This document shows positions 9,696 to 19,346 of a stretch of 39,575 bases of DNA, in pieces. Under the pieces are notes generated by a model, which was given only the letters and a program-made list of their open reading frames with translations, did not search any database and was not told the DNA's origin. The stretch lies in sequence record SRR31156797_1028. One strand, 5' to 3'. Within the stretch, counting starts at the first letter, position 1. Every line of letters begins with the position of its first letter. The translations under genes were made by a program, and so were the position numbers.

Positions 9696-9998
9696 CTAAG
9701 GAGTTTGAGCTCTTTTTCATAAGAATGAATAGCATATATTACTATAAAGTGGGAATGAACAATAAAAAGAAAAAGTTGGCTTAATTTTGACTCCACTTTA
9801 TTATTGCAAGATCACTATTGGACTTGGCTCTCCTTGGACTAAATTTTTATGGCTCTTTGTCAAAATGGCAGATAATAAAGAGGGGTTGACTGGCTATAAG
9901 CTCTGCCATATCAAATAATTGCTGAGGTTATTTAAATTGAGGAATAAATGGTCACAGAGCTTCCATCCAAGGCATGCCCAAATTTAAGAGACCACCTC

Positions 9999-10339
9999 GG
10001 TGATATGGTCAATTCTGGTGTTTGAGAATTCTCAAACGACAGCCCGGTTATATTCGCCTTCCCCTGTGGATTTAACTCGTTCTCCATCCTTGAATTGAAT
10101 CCCTTGTATCACTACAGCTAATAATTAAAAGCCTCATTGTCTGCGCCATTTATCTGTACGCTCAGGCCAAGTTTATAAACATAGCTAACGTGTATGCCTC
10201 GCAACACAGCCTCGTGTTTTTACCGTCCTCAGCCTTACTGTCGCAAAGGTTGACTCAATAGTTTTGTCGATCTGATTCCAGCAGGATACGTGTTTTTCTT
10301 TTTTATGTCTCACTCAAGCATCACTTTGGATCATAACTC
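9999..10339 (-). mobile_element. 341-bp internally deleted IS256-family element with both ends and 9-bp target-site duplication
   Basis: Minus strand encodes a decayed IS256 transposase C-terminus (IESTFATVRLRTVKTRGC...IQGIQFKDGE..., about 10259-10032); ends GAGTTATGATCCAAAGTGATG / GTGATATGGTCAATTCTGGTG; direct repeat GACCACCTC at 9990-9998 and 10340-10348. Confidence 0.88.
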
Positions 10340-10472
10340 GACCACCTCTGGGTTGCAGGTCGGTGGAAAAAATCATATTTTTCTAGTATCATCTTTTGCG
10401 ATAGGCAATAATTACTGAAGCTATTCTGTAAAGTGTATATTCCAGGACCTGTAAAATCGGAGAACTAAATCA

Positions 10473-10706
10473 ATGAGTGTTCCCATGAAAGAAGATCCGA
10501 AATGGGAAGAAATAGTAACGGGGAAAAAAAAATATGTGCTTAAGTTTTTAGGTGCGAAAATATTACTTGGCCGGTTACTTCGCACCATTGAGGTCGACCC
10601 GTCTCCCCATAATATAGCTGTAGCTGTTAATGAGTTGCATGCCTTGTATTCAAAAAACGTAGCAATTAAATCAGCTAAGGATGACCTTAAAACTATTTTT
10701 GGATAA
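10473..10706 (+). CDS. Small hypothetical protein (77 aa) coupled to the FIST-like gene
   Basis: RBS GGAG, plausible helical composition, stop 7 nt before ATG 10714. Confidence 0.75.
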   Translation: MSVPMKEDPKWEEIVTGKKKYVLKFLGAKILLGRLLRTIEVDPSPHNIAVAVNELHALYSKNVAIKSAKDDLKTIFG

Positions 10707-10713
10707 GAAACAT

Positions 10714-11709
10714 ATGTACCAAGGATTATTAAGTATTGATGAAGCACGCCAACTTATTCTAGATGGTAAAATTCTGTTAATCGCAGGGGGTGAAGAGTTG
10801 CTGGCGCAATTGCCAGTAGGCGATTGGGTAGCAGGGACCAGCCCCTGTTTTATTTGCCCAAACCACTATGGCATCGTTGCTCATGATCAGCTCTTTGTTT
10901 CGGATATTTCCCAAGTTGCTGATTCCTGCCATATAAAAGTCTATGATGAAAATGAACTTACTTCTATATACAATGAGGCTGGCGAGGGTGGGTTCAGTGT
11001 TATAATTATTCCAGCAACAAGCTCTGTACATACGGGCTTTGCTTTGGATGCACCAAACTACGATAATTTTGGCAGCCAACCTTTGATAGGTTGGATTGCT
11101 GGTGTCCCCATTGACCAACTGGAAGAAAGACGGCCAAGGGTGTTCAACGGCAAGACAGGGGAATCATATATTGACCAAGCCATTGTTATGCATGTCGATA
11201 TTGTAGAGGGAAAAAGTATTGATATCGGTCATGTGAATATTTTCACCCAAGGCAATGGCGATACATTAACTTTTTCTGAGGATGGCTTTTCCTTTATCGA
11301 TGTAATGGTCAATGGAGTAAAGGTGAACTTCACAGACTACATTGCCAAAAATAATATTGATATTCGATTGCCACTTGTCGCTGATTATTATGGTGCGTTA
11401 GTCAATATCAGCTTACAAGATGTAGACACGAAGAAAGGTGTCCGTTTTTACGCACCAGTTTTTGCTGGAGTTAAGTATAAATGGGCTGCACCTTTTGATA
11501 ATTATAGTGATACTTTCGCTAGTAAAATTAAAGAAATAGGTTTGGAATCATCAGAGATCGTGATTGCCTGTAACTGCATCCTTAATTATTTGCATTCGCA
11601 CCTTGAAGGGAGTGAAAATGAACAGTTCACAGGACTTGTTTCTTACGGTGAAATAGCCTATCAGCTTATGAATCAGACCTTGGTCTATCTCCTTGTGTCT
11701 GATAACTGA
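10714..11709 (+). CDS. Stand-alone FIST-like protein (DUF6976-type)
   Basis: LLIAGGEELLAQLP.GDWVAGT.P N-terminus, PLIGWIAG, PLVADYYG, FYAPVF, CNCILNY, YGEIAYQLMNQT (FIST_C-like end); start set at ATG 10714. Confidence 0.75.
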   Translation: MYQGLLSIDEARQLILDGKILLIAGGEELLAQLPVGDWVAGTSPCFICPNHYGIVAHDQLFVSDISQVADSCHIKVYDENELTSIYNEAGEGGFSVIIIPATSSVHTGFALDAPNYDNFGSQPLIGWIAGVPIDQLEERRPRVFNGKTGESYIDQAIVMHVDIVEGKSIDIGHVNIFTQGNGDTLTFSEDGFSFIDVMVNGVKVNFTDYIAKNNIDIRLPLVADYYGALVNISLQDVDTKKGVRFYAPVFAGVKYKWAAPFDNYSDTFASKIKEIGLESSEIVIACNCILNYLHSHLEGSENEQFTGLVSYGEIAYQLMNQTLVYLLVSDN

Positions 11710-11821
11710 TGTATTTGTCGTTTATATAGGATGTAAAGAGTGCCAGGAGAGAAAAATAAAATTCGTCACAAGCCTTTGTCGCCAGCTGTACATTACTAAG
11801 TATAACATGTTTGGGTTTATA

Positions 11822-12952
11822 ATGAGGATGCATCCATACTTGAGACTTTTTTTAGCCGTTGTCGTAGTTTGTCATACAGTTTTCTTGTTTTCCGGTTGCA
11901 GTCCACGTCAACCGATTAAAATTGGTTTTCTTGGGGGGACGACAGGGAGGGTGGCCGACCTAGGTATATCAGGTCGAGATGCAGTCCAAATGGCGATTGA
12001 AAGTGTGAATACTGACGGAGGTGTTAAGGGAAGACAAATACAGCTGATTGTAAAAGATGACCAGCAGGACCCAGACAAGGCCAGGCAGGGAGTTGAAGAG
12101 TTAATTAAGGAGCAGGTTGACGCTATTATTGGGCCAATGACTAGTGATATGGCAATGGTTGTTGCTCCTCTGGTGAGTGCAGCAAAAATAGTTACTGTTT
12201 CTCCCACTGCCAGTACTGCCAAACTATCCGGACACGATGATTATTTTTTTAAAATTTCAACGAGCACCCGGCAAAACGGGGCAAAGAGCGGAGCGTATCA
12301 TGCTCAAGCGGGAAAGATGCACAGGCTTGCAGTTTTGCATGATTTGGGCAACCAGGCATATAGTGAAAATTGGCTGAAGAACTTTACCCGACCCTTTCTT
12401 GAAAGAAAAGATAATGAAATCTTAGGGGTTATTGGGTTTGATACCCAGTTAGGGGTGAGCTTTACAGAAGTTGTTGGTAAAGCGTTTGTTCTGAATCCGG
12501 ATGGAATTTTAATTATTGCAAATTCAATGGATTCTGCACTTATTTGCCAACAAGTACGAAAAATCAATTCTAAGGTACATATAACACTGGCAGACTGGGG
12601 GGCAACAGAGCGACTTCTTGAGCTTGGCGGAAAGGCCGTTGAAGGAGTGACTGTGATCCAGGTATTTGACAGGAAGAGTGCAAATCCTCGTTACGTGGCA
12701 TTCCGGGAAAAATATATTGAGCGCTTTAAACAGGAGCCTGGTTTTGCTGGTGTACTGGGATATGATGCCGCAACAGCTGTTATCAGCGCATTGCAGCACC
12801 AAAAAAAAGGCCAATCTTTAAAGAGTGTCTTTCTTGAAACTGAATTTGAAGGCCTTCAAGAAGTAATTAATTTTGATACATTTGGTGATAGAGGGCAGAC
12901 ACAGGCAACCATGGGCATGGTTTCTAATCAGAAGTTTATACCGCTAGAGTAA
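11822..12952 (+). CDS. Type 1 (LivJ/K-like) periplasmic binding lipoprotein
   Basis: Lipobox FSGC, PIKIGFLGGTTG, N..GGVKGRQIQLIVKDD, AIIGPMTS, GYDA; start at 11822 or 11828. Confidence 0.9.
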   Translation: MRMHPYLRLFLAVVVVCHTVFLFSGCSPRQPIKIGFLGGTTGRVADLGISGRDAVQMAIESVNTDGGVKGRQIQLIVKDDQQDPDKARQGVEELIKEQVDAIIGPMTSDMAMVVAPLVSAAKIVTVSPTASTAKLSGHDDYFFKISTSTRQNGAKSGAYHAQAGKMHRLAVLHDLGNQAYSENWLKNFTRPFLERKDNEILGVIGFDTQLGVSFTEVVGKAFVLNPDGILIIANSMDSALICQQVRKINSKVHITLADWGATERLLELGGKAVEGVTVIQVFDRKSANPRYVAFREKYIERFKQEPGFAGVLGYDAATAVISALQHQKKGQSLKSVFLETEFEGLQEVINFDTFGDRGQTQATMGMVSNQKFIPLE

Positions 12953-12955
12953 GTA

Positions 12956-15900
12956 ATGGCCAAACGTACCTCTCTCCTCCACTACACCGCTAAACGGTTT
13001 TTCCTGATTATTCTGGTTCCTGTAATTGTTATTACAGCATTGGTTTGGCTTGCACTTTCTCCTGTCATTCGAAGTAGTATCACCAATCAGAACCAATCTT
13101 TGGCAAGAACTGTTTCAGGCCAGATATCTGCCCATCTTGATGGTGGTGAGCGTCAGTTAATTGCTCTTTCAAAAATAATAACTGACAACGGTGGGCTGGG
13201 AAGTGACCCAATAATCGCCATGCTCGACTATACCTGTGGCGATGGTGAGCTTTTTGAGACAGTATATATAGCTTCTGATCAGGGGAAGCATATCAGGTAT
13301 GTCGGTTTGGCGAGCTCAAGGCGTTTTCAGCGTGATGACTTTCTGGGGCTAGATATATCCAGTCGTAACTTTTATTCCAGTGACCTTCAAACCGGGCAGT
13401 TGATCTGGTCAGATCCTTTCCTCTCAACAGTTAGCGGGTGGCAGGCTGTAGCTGTTGTCGTACCCCTTTCACACAGCGTGCTTGTAGGGGAGGTTACCCT
13501 AGAACGCCTTTCTGCATTTATCAGTAATCTACCCCTTGAAGCACAATTTCGTACATTTGTATGGGACAGGAAACAGCGTATTCTGGCAGATTCCAAAATG
13601 TTGCTTGCTGGCCAGCACCTGACCGGCACATTAATTTTCCCTTCTGCTGATAAGGGTAAAGACAAAGGCTTGCGTTCTTTTAGTGTTGCAGGGCAAAAAT
13701 TTGTTGGATCCACAATGGGTATACCTAAACTTGGGTGGACTGTGCAGGTCGCGCAGTCTTCGCAATATGCCTTTCAACCTGTTGTAACTACTTTTATAAT
13801 TATCATTATGGGGCTGGTTGTCAGCCTTGTGTTCATTACATTTGTTTCTATACAGCAAGGGACAATATTTTCTGAACACATTGCAAATTACATTGAATAT
13901 GCACGCTCCATAGCGAGTGGGCAGTACAACATTAAATGCCCATCATTTAGGATTGTGGAGTATCAGGAATTGGCCAGCAGTCTGCAGTCAATGGGAAAAA
14001 CGATTCATGAGCGCGAGCAAAAGCTTATGGAAAGTGAGAACTACATGCGTATTACACTGGATTCCATTGGGGATGCAGTTATTACCACTGATACGCAAGG
14101 AGAGATCACCCAACTTAATCCAGCCGCTGCCATGCTTACCGGTTGGGAGGCCACAGAAGCGTCTGGCCATAAACTGACAGATGTGTACCAGGTTGTTGGT
14201 CTTGATTCAAGGTTGCCGGTGGCTGACCCTGTAGAAAAAGTATTGGCAACAGAATCAACTGTTGAGCGGCCTGAAAATGGTATTTTGATTAGTCGTGAGG
14301 GGGATGAATATCTGGTTACAGAAAATGGATTTCCAATTCTCGATGCTGAAGGTAACTGTATTGGAGTTGTGCTAGTTTTTCGTGACGTAACAGAAGCTTA
14401 TACCCAAGAACTCATCATACGTGATAACGAAAGCAGGCTTAGGCAACTGACTGAAAATATACCCGGTGCTGTAATTCAGATACGGACAACTGTTGATCAT
14501 GTATTCCAGAATGAATTTTTGAGTGCAAAAACGAGTCAGATCTTTGGGCTTGATGTTCAAGGCGACAATCTGTTGGATCAATTTTTTCAATGCATTCCTG
14601 ATCAAGATAAAGAACGCTACACTCTTTCCATGCAACAGGCTGTTAAGAGCGTTGTTCCATGGCATTATGAGGGCCGTTTTAATAGACCGGATGGTCAGTC
14701 AATCTGGTTTAGTGCGGATGCAAATCCCAGAATAGATGGCGACTCTGTCATTTATTATGGGGTGCTAAGAGATATTACTGCCAGGAAGATGATCGAGCAG
14801 CAATTACAAGATAGCGAGGAACGTTTTCGTTTACTTGCAGAATCCTCGCTCACCGGCATTTATCTTATTCAGAATGGTCGGTTTACATACGCAAATAATG
14901 CTATGGCAGCAATGTTTGGCTACGAGGTGGATGACATCGTTGATTGCATGGACGTGGAAAATTTGATTTATCAGGAAGATCTCCCTTTGGTACGTGAAAA
15001 ATTACGCCAGAGAATCACGGGGGAGAGGGAGTCAGCACGTTATTCATTTAGGGGGCTGAAAAAGGACGGTCAGGTTTTTCATGCTGAAGTGCATGGTCGT
15101 GCCATTTTGTATCAGGGCACACGCGGCGTCATTGGTACATTGATAGATGTTACCGATCGTATTCATTTTGAACAGGCTTTACAAAAGAGTGAGAAACGTT
15201 TCAAAAGCCTTTTTAATGATGCTCCCATGATGTACGTCATAACAGATGGCAGTACTGAGAGAAAAATAGTTGATGTGAATGATACCTTTTTAAAACGTCT
15301 TGGGTACTCAAAGGAAAGCGTTTTGAATACACCATTGACCACGTATTATACGGCTGACTCGGTTGACCGTATGGTAAAGAGGTCAAAAGAGACCGAAGCT
15401 TCTAAAGTTGGCAAGCTGCCAGTGGAACGACAACTCCTGACTATTGATGGGCAACTGGTTTCTGCGCTCGTTGATTCTGTTTCTGAGTATGGCGAAGAGG
15501 GGGATGTGACAGGTCTCCGGATTATGTTGCTTGATGATACTGAGCGAAGAAAAGCCGAAGAGGAGGTGAATAAATTGCGAACCTTTCTCACAAACGTCTA
15601 TAATTCAATGCCCTCGGTCCTGATAGGGGTAGATACGCACTTACGGGTGACGCAATGGAACAAGCAGGCAGAGCATTATACAGGTGTTGTCTTTTCAGAT
15701 GCCGCGCTTGAACTGCTGCCGGAAGTGTACCCGGAAATGGCCGAGCATGAGGGTGATATTAGGGTGGCCATTGCAACCGGACAAACCGTTTCGACTTCAA
15801 AGATACCCGTTGCAAGAGATGGGGTGGCTGGGTTTGAGGACATAATAATCTATCCTATCCTCGGAGGCAAAGAGGGGGCTGTAATCCGCATTGAAGACGT

Positions 15901-16708
15901 TACCCACAGGGTACATATGGAGGAAATGATGATCCAGAGTGAGAAAATGCTTTCTATCGGTGGGCTCGCTGCTGGAATGGCACACGAAATCAACAATCCT
16001 CTCGCAGGTCTTATGCATAATTCACAAATAATGGAAAACAGGCTGTTCGGTGACCTTCCGGCAAATGATAAGGCTGCACAGGCTGTTGGGCTTGATATTG
16101 CCGTTCTCCATGAGTATATGCAAAAGCGAAAGTTGCCTAAGTTGCTTGGTCATATACAGGAATCTGGGTCGCGAATTGCCGCAATTGTCAACAATATGCT
16201 CAGCTTTTCCCGAAAGAGTGAAAATGTTTCCTCAACCTATGAATTATGTCACCTGCTTGATCAAACTGTTGAACTGGCCCAAACAGATTATGACATGAAA
16301 AAAGGTTATGATTTCAGGTCAGTTGAGGTAAAAAGAGAATATGATCAAAAAATGTATGTTATTTGTGAGGGGAGTAAACTGCAGCAGGTTTTTCTTAATA
16401 TATTGAAAAATGGTGCCGAAGCTATGGCCGAGTCTCCGAGTAAGGCATCCTCAAAGTTTATTCTCAGGGTCATGGAGGATGGAGGTTGGGCAAAAGTTGA
16501 AATAGAAGACAACGGGCCTGGCATGGATGAGATAACGCGTAAGAGGGTCTTTGAACCGTTTTTTACCACCAAAGGAGTGGGAAAGGGAACAGGCCTGGGG
16601 TTATCTGTATCATATTATATTATTACAGAAGACCATGGTGGTAAAATGCAGGTGCAATCAACACCAGGTCATGGTTCAACATTTATCATTCACCTTCCTA
16701 TGACCTAA
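12956..16708 (+). CDS. Membrane sensor histidine kinase (Cache-like, HAMP, five PAS, HisKA/HATPase)
   Basis: Two TM segments; five PAS starts (LDSIGDAVI, TENIPGAVI, AESSLTGIY, FNDAPMMY, YNSMPSVLI); AHEINNPL H-box; DNGPGM, FFTTK, GTGLGL. Confidence 0.95.
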   Translation: MAKRTSLLHYTAKRFFLIILVPVIVITALVWLALSPVIRSSITNQNQSLARTVSGQISAHLDGGERQLIALSKIITDNGGLGSDPIIAMLDYTCGDGELFETVYIASDQGKHIRYVGLASSRRFQRDDFLGLDISSRNFYSSDLQTGQLIWSDPFLSTVSGWQAVAVVVPLSHSVLVGEVTLERLSAFISNLPLEAQFRTFVWDRKQRILADSKMLLAGQHLTGTLIFPSADKGKDKGLRSFSVAGQKFVGSTMGIPKLGWTVQVAQSSQYAFQPVVTTFIIIIMGLVVSLVFITFVSIQQGTIFSEHIANYIEYARSIASGQYNIKCPSFRIVEYQELASSLQSMGKTIHEREQKLMESENYMRITLDSIGDAVITTDTQGEITQLNPAAAMLTGWEATEASGHKLTDVYQVVGLDSRLPVADPVEKVLATESTVERPENGILISREGDEYLVTENGFPILDAEGNCIGVVLVFRDVTEAYTQELIIRDNESRLRQLTENIPGAVIQIRTTVDHVFQNEFLSAKTSQIFGLDVQGDNLLDQFFQCIPDQDKERYTLSMQQAVKSVVPWHYEGRFNRPDGQSIWFSADANPRIDGDSVIYYGVLRDITARKMIEQQLQDSEERFRLLAESSLTGIYLIQNGRFTYANNAMAAMFGYEVDDIVDCMDVENLIYQEDLPLVREKLRQRITGERESARYSFRGLKKDGQVFHAEVHGRAILYQGTRGVIGTLIDVTDRIHFEQALQKSEKRFKSLFNDAPMMYVITDGSTERKIVDVNDTFLKRLGYSKESVLNTPLTTYYTADSVDRMVKRSKETEASKVGKLPVERQLLTIDGQLVSALVDSVSEYGEEGDVTGLRIMLLDDTERRKAEEEVNKLRTFLTNVYNSMPSVLIGVDTHLRVTQWNKQAEHYTGVVFSDAALELLPEVYPEMAEHEGDIRVAIATGQTVSTSKIPVARDGVAGFEDIIIYPILGGKEGAVIRIEDVTHRVHMEEMMIQSEKMLSIGGLAAGMAHEINNPLAGLMHNSQIMENRLFGDLPANDKAAQAVGLDIAVLHEYMQKRKLPKLLGHIQESGSRIAAIVNNMLSFSRKSENVSSTYELCHLLDQTVELAQTDYDMKKGYDFRSVEVKREYDQKMYVICEGSKLQQVFLNILKNGAEAMAESPSKASSKFILRVMEDGGWAKVEIEDNGPGMDEITRKRVFEPFFTTKGVGKGTGLGLSVSYYIITEDHGGKMQVQSTPGHGSTFIIHLPMT

Positions 16709-16750
16709 TCAGCAAATACTGGAAGAAATATTACAGGCTCCGTTATTAAT

Positions 16751-19213
16751 ATGAGTGACCCACGTATTTTGATAATTGATGATGAAAGAGCGATTCTAGA
16801 TTCGTTTCAAGAATATCTTGAAGACTATGGTTACCATATTTTCACTGCCTCAAATGGTCGCGAAGGTCTGGATGTTTTCAAAGATAAGAAGCCGGATTTA
16901 GTCCTTGTTGATCTTCGTATGCCTAAAGTTGGTGGGCTTGAAGTCTTGAAAGAGGTAAGTGCTTCGTCTCCATTGACCCCTCTTATCGTCGTGTCGGGAA
17001 CTGGTAATGTGGGGGATGCAGCCAAAGCACTGCAAAATGGTGCATGGGATTATTTGTTAAAGCCTCTGGAGGATTTGTCTTTTTTAAGGCATGCAGTGGA
17101 GAAAGGGCTTGAAAAATCACAACTTAAGAAAGAGAACCATCAATATAAAAACTACCTGGAAAAGCTTGTTTTAGAACGGACAGTTGAGCTAAAGCATGCT
17201 AATACCCATCTTGAAGAGGTTAATCAGCGGTTACGCGACATAGTGGAAACCATAAAGACCCTCTCTTTTTGTAAGGATATAAAGGATTTTGGTGTCTTGC
17301 TCCTCAAAGAGTTTAGCCAACACATGAAGGCTGAAGGTGGATCTGTTTACCTGAAGAAAACAAATGGATTGCACTTGCTCTATTCTCTTGAGGGAAATCA
17401 CGCAACAACCTTTATTCCATTTCCTTTACCAGAAAATTCAGTGTTTGACAGGGCTGTAAAGGGCAAAAGGCCTGTGCTGCAGAATAATCTGGGGGCAAGT
17501 GATCCTGTTATCCCAAGCGGGTGGGAAGGGTATAGAAATACCAGTGTATTAGTCTTTCCTATACAAGATGAAACAGGAGACCTTGCGGCACTCATCACTT
17601 TTCATGATAGGGTAACGCCTCCTTTTTTAGAACAGGATATTGAAATTGGTAATATTTTAGCTTCTTACATCGGTGAGGCATTGTATGCTGTTAAGAGTAA
17701 TGAACAGTTAGCAGATAGTGAAAAGCGTTTACGCCAGATCTTGGATTTTCTTCCGGTGGGAATTTTTATCGTTGATGTGGAAACAGATACTGTAAGTTAC
17801 ATTAACCCTCATGCGACATCTATTCTCGATAAAAAAGCCGATGATATATTAGGCAAAAAATATAGAGACGTGCTGCATTCTCAACAACTGCAAGGGCTGG
17901 AGCAATATCAGGCTGATAAAGGGGAGCAGCTGCTTTTGCATGTGAATGATAAAGAAGTCATTGTGTTGCGAGAAGCAGCTCTTGCTGTGATTGGGGGGCG
18001 TGAATCATATATTGAGTGCGTCTTAGACATTACAGATCAGATTAAAACTAAAGAGGAGAAAGAAGCCTTGCATCAGCAACTGTTACATGCTGATAAAATG
18101 AAGGCTCTTGGGACTCTTGCTGGTGGTATCGCGCATGACTTTAACAATGTATTAAGTGCCGTTATTGGGTATTCAGACTTGTGTTTGCTTGAAGTGAAAA
18201 GTCAGGAAGGGACGATTTATAATAAACTACAGGCGATAATTCAAGCGGCATACAGGGCAAGAGATCTTGTTGAACAAATAAGAGCGTTTAGCCGTATACA
18301 GCAACAACTGATGATTCCTTTAAACATTGGCCCTGTTATTCGTGAGGCCGTAAAGTTTCTGTCCTCTTCATTGCCTGCAAACATCAAAATTGAGACAAGT
18401 CTTAATAGTAATAAACCTATAATTGGTGATCCAACCCAAATTCATCAGATAATAATGAACCTGTGCACCAACGCCTATCAGGCTATGGAGGAGACTGGTG
18501 GTACCTTATCGATAGACTTGGCAGAAATAACAATAAATGAGCAGCAATTAATGACCAAGTCACGCCTTGAATCTGGCTCCTATTTAGAACTTACAATTAC
18601 TGATACGGGGACGGGCATATCCCATGACATTTTTGACAAAATCTTTGACCCCTACTTTTCAACAAAAGGGAAAACGCTAGGCACAGGGTTAGGGCTTGCG
18701 ATTGTCAATCGCATTGTCAATCAGCATAATGGGGAGGTATCAGTTCGTAGTGAAATAGGGAAGGGATCAACTTTCCAAATTTACTTACCGATTACCAAGG
18801 CAGAAGTAGGTGAAGAGGCACATCACAACAACACGCTTAGTAAAGGTACTGAGCATGTGCTGTTTATTGATGATGAGGAAACACTTGTGCAGATTGCGAC
18901 AGAAATGTTTCACCATTTGGGCTATAGTGTCACAACAAAAAATGACAGTGTGGATGCTATAGAATGGTTTCGAAAAGATCCTGATCAGTTTGATCTTGTT
19001 TTTACAGACTATAATATGTCGGATTTCAATGGTATGCAGTTGGCTCAAGAATTACATGCTGTTCGTCCAGATATACCGATAATACTTTGTACTGGGTACC
19101 CTGATCAAATCGATCAATCACGAGCGAAAGCCGTAGGGGTAAAAAAAATTGTAAGAAAGCCTTTTTCGATGAGTGAGCTGGCCGATGGGGTTAGAGAAGC
19201 TCTAGACGCATGA
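16751..19213 (+). CDS. Cytoplasmic hybrid kinase/response regulator REC-GAF-PAS-HisKA-HATPase-REC
   Basis: N-terminal REC (IIDDE, VDLRMP), GAF-like segment, PAS, AHDFNN, GTGLGL, C-terminal REC (IDDE, TDYNM, KPF). Confidence 0.93.
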   Translation: MSDPRILIIDDERAILDSFQEYLEDYGYHIFTASNGREGLDVFKDKKPDLVLVDLRMPKVGGLEVLKEVSASSPLTPLIVVSGTGNVGDAAKALQNGAWDYLLKPLEDLSFLRHAVEKGLEKSQLKKENHQYKNYLEKLVLERTVELKHANTHLEEVNQRLRDIVETIKTLSFCKDIKDFGVLLLKEFSQHMKAEGGSVYLKKTNGLHLLYSLEGNHATTFIPFPLPENSVFDRAVKGKRPVLQNNLGASDPVIPSGWEGYRNTSVLVFPIQDETGDLAALITFHDRVTPPFLEQDIEIGNILASYIGEALYAVKSNEQLADSEKRLRQILDFLPVGIFIVDVETDTVSYINPHATSILDKKADDILGKKYRDVLHSQQLQGLEQYQADKGEQLLLHVNDKEVIVLREAALAVIGGRESYIECVLDITDQIKTKEEKEALHQQLLHADKMKALGTLAGGIAHDFNNVLSAVIGYSDLCLLEVKSQEGTIYNKLQAIIQAAYRARDLVEQIRAFSRIQQQLMIPLNIGPVIREAVKFLSSSLPANIKIETSLNSNKPIIGDPTQIHQIIMNLCTNAYQAMEETGGTLSIDLAEITINEQQLMTKSRLESGSYLELTITDTGTGISHDIFDKIFDPYFSTKGKTLGTGLGLAIVNRIVNQHNGEVSVRSEIGKGSTFQIYLPITKAEVGEEAHHNNTLSKGTEHVLFIDDEETLVQIATEMFHHLGYSVTTKNDSVDAIEWFRKDPDQFDLVFTDYNMSDFNGMQLAQELHAVRPDIPIILCTGYPDQIDQSRAKAVGVKKIVRKPFSMSELADGVREALDA

Positions 19214-19346
19214 TTTTTCCTTACGATCCTCTAACTGTACTTAACATCATTAGATGGTAAATCTTTTGTGGTTGTGTGACCTAATAGAGCAAGTAGGTCT
19301 TTTTATTGTCATGGGAAAACGTTTTTGGAATTATAAGGTTTAGCAT

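Noticed and set aside
10020-10037. Perfect palindrome GTTTGAGAATTCTCAAAC
   Set aside because: Lies inside the IS256 remnant at the transposase stop; no independent role supportable
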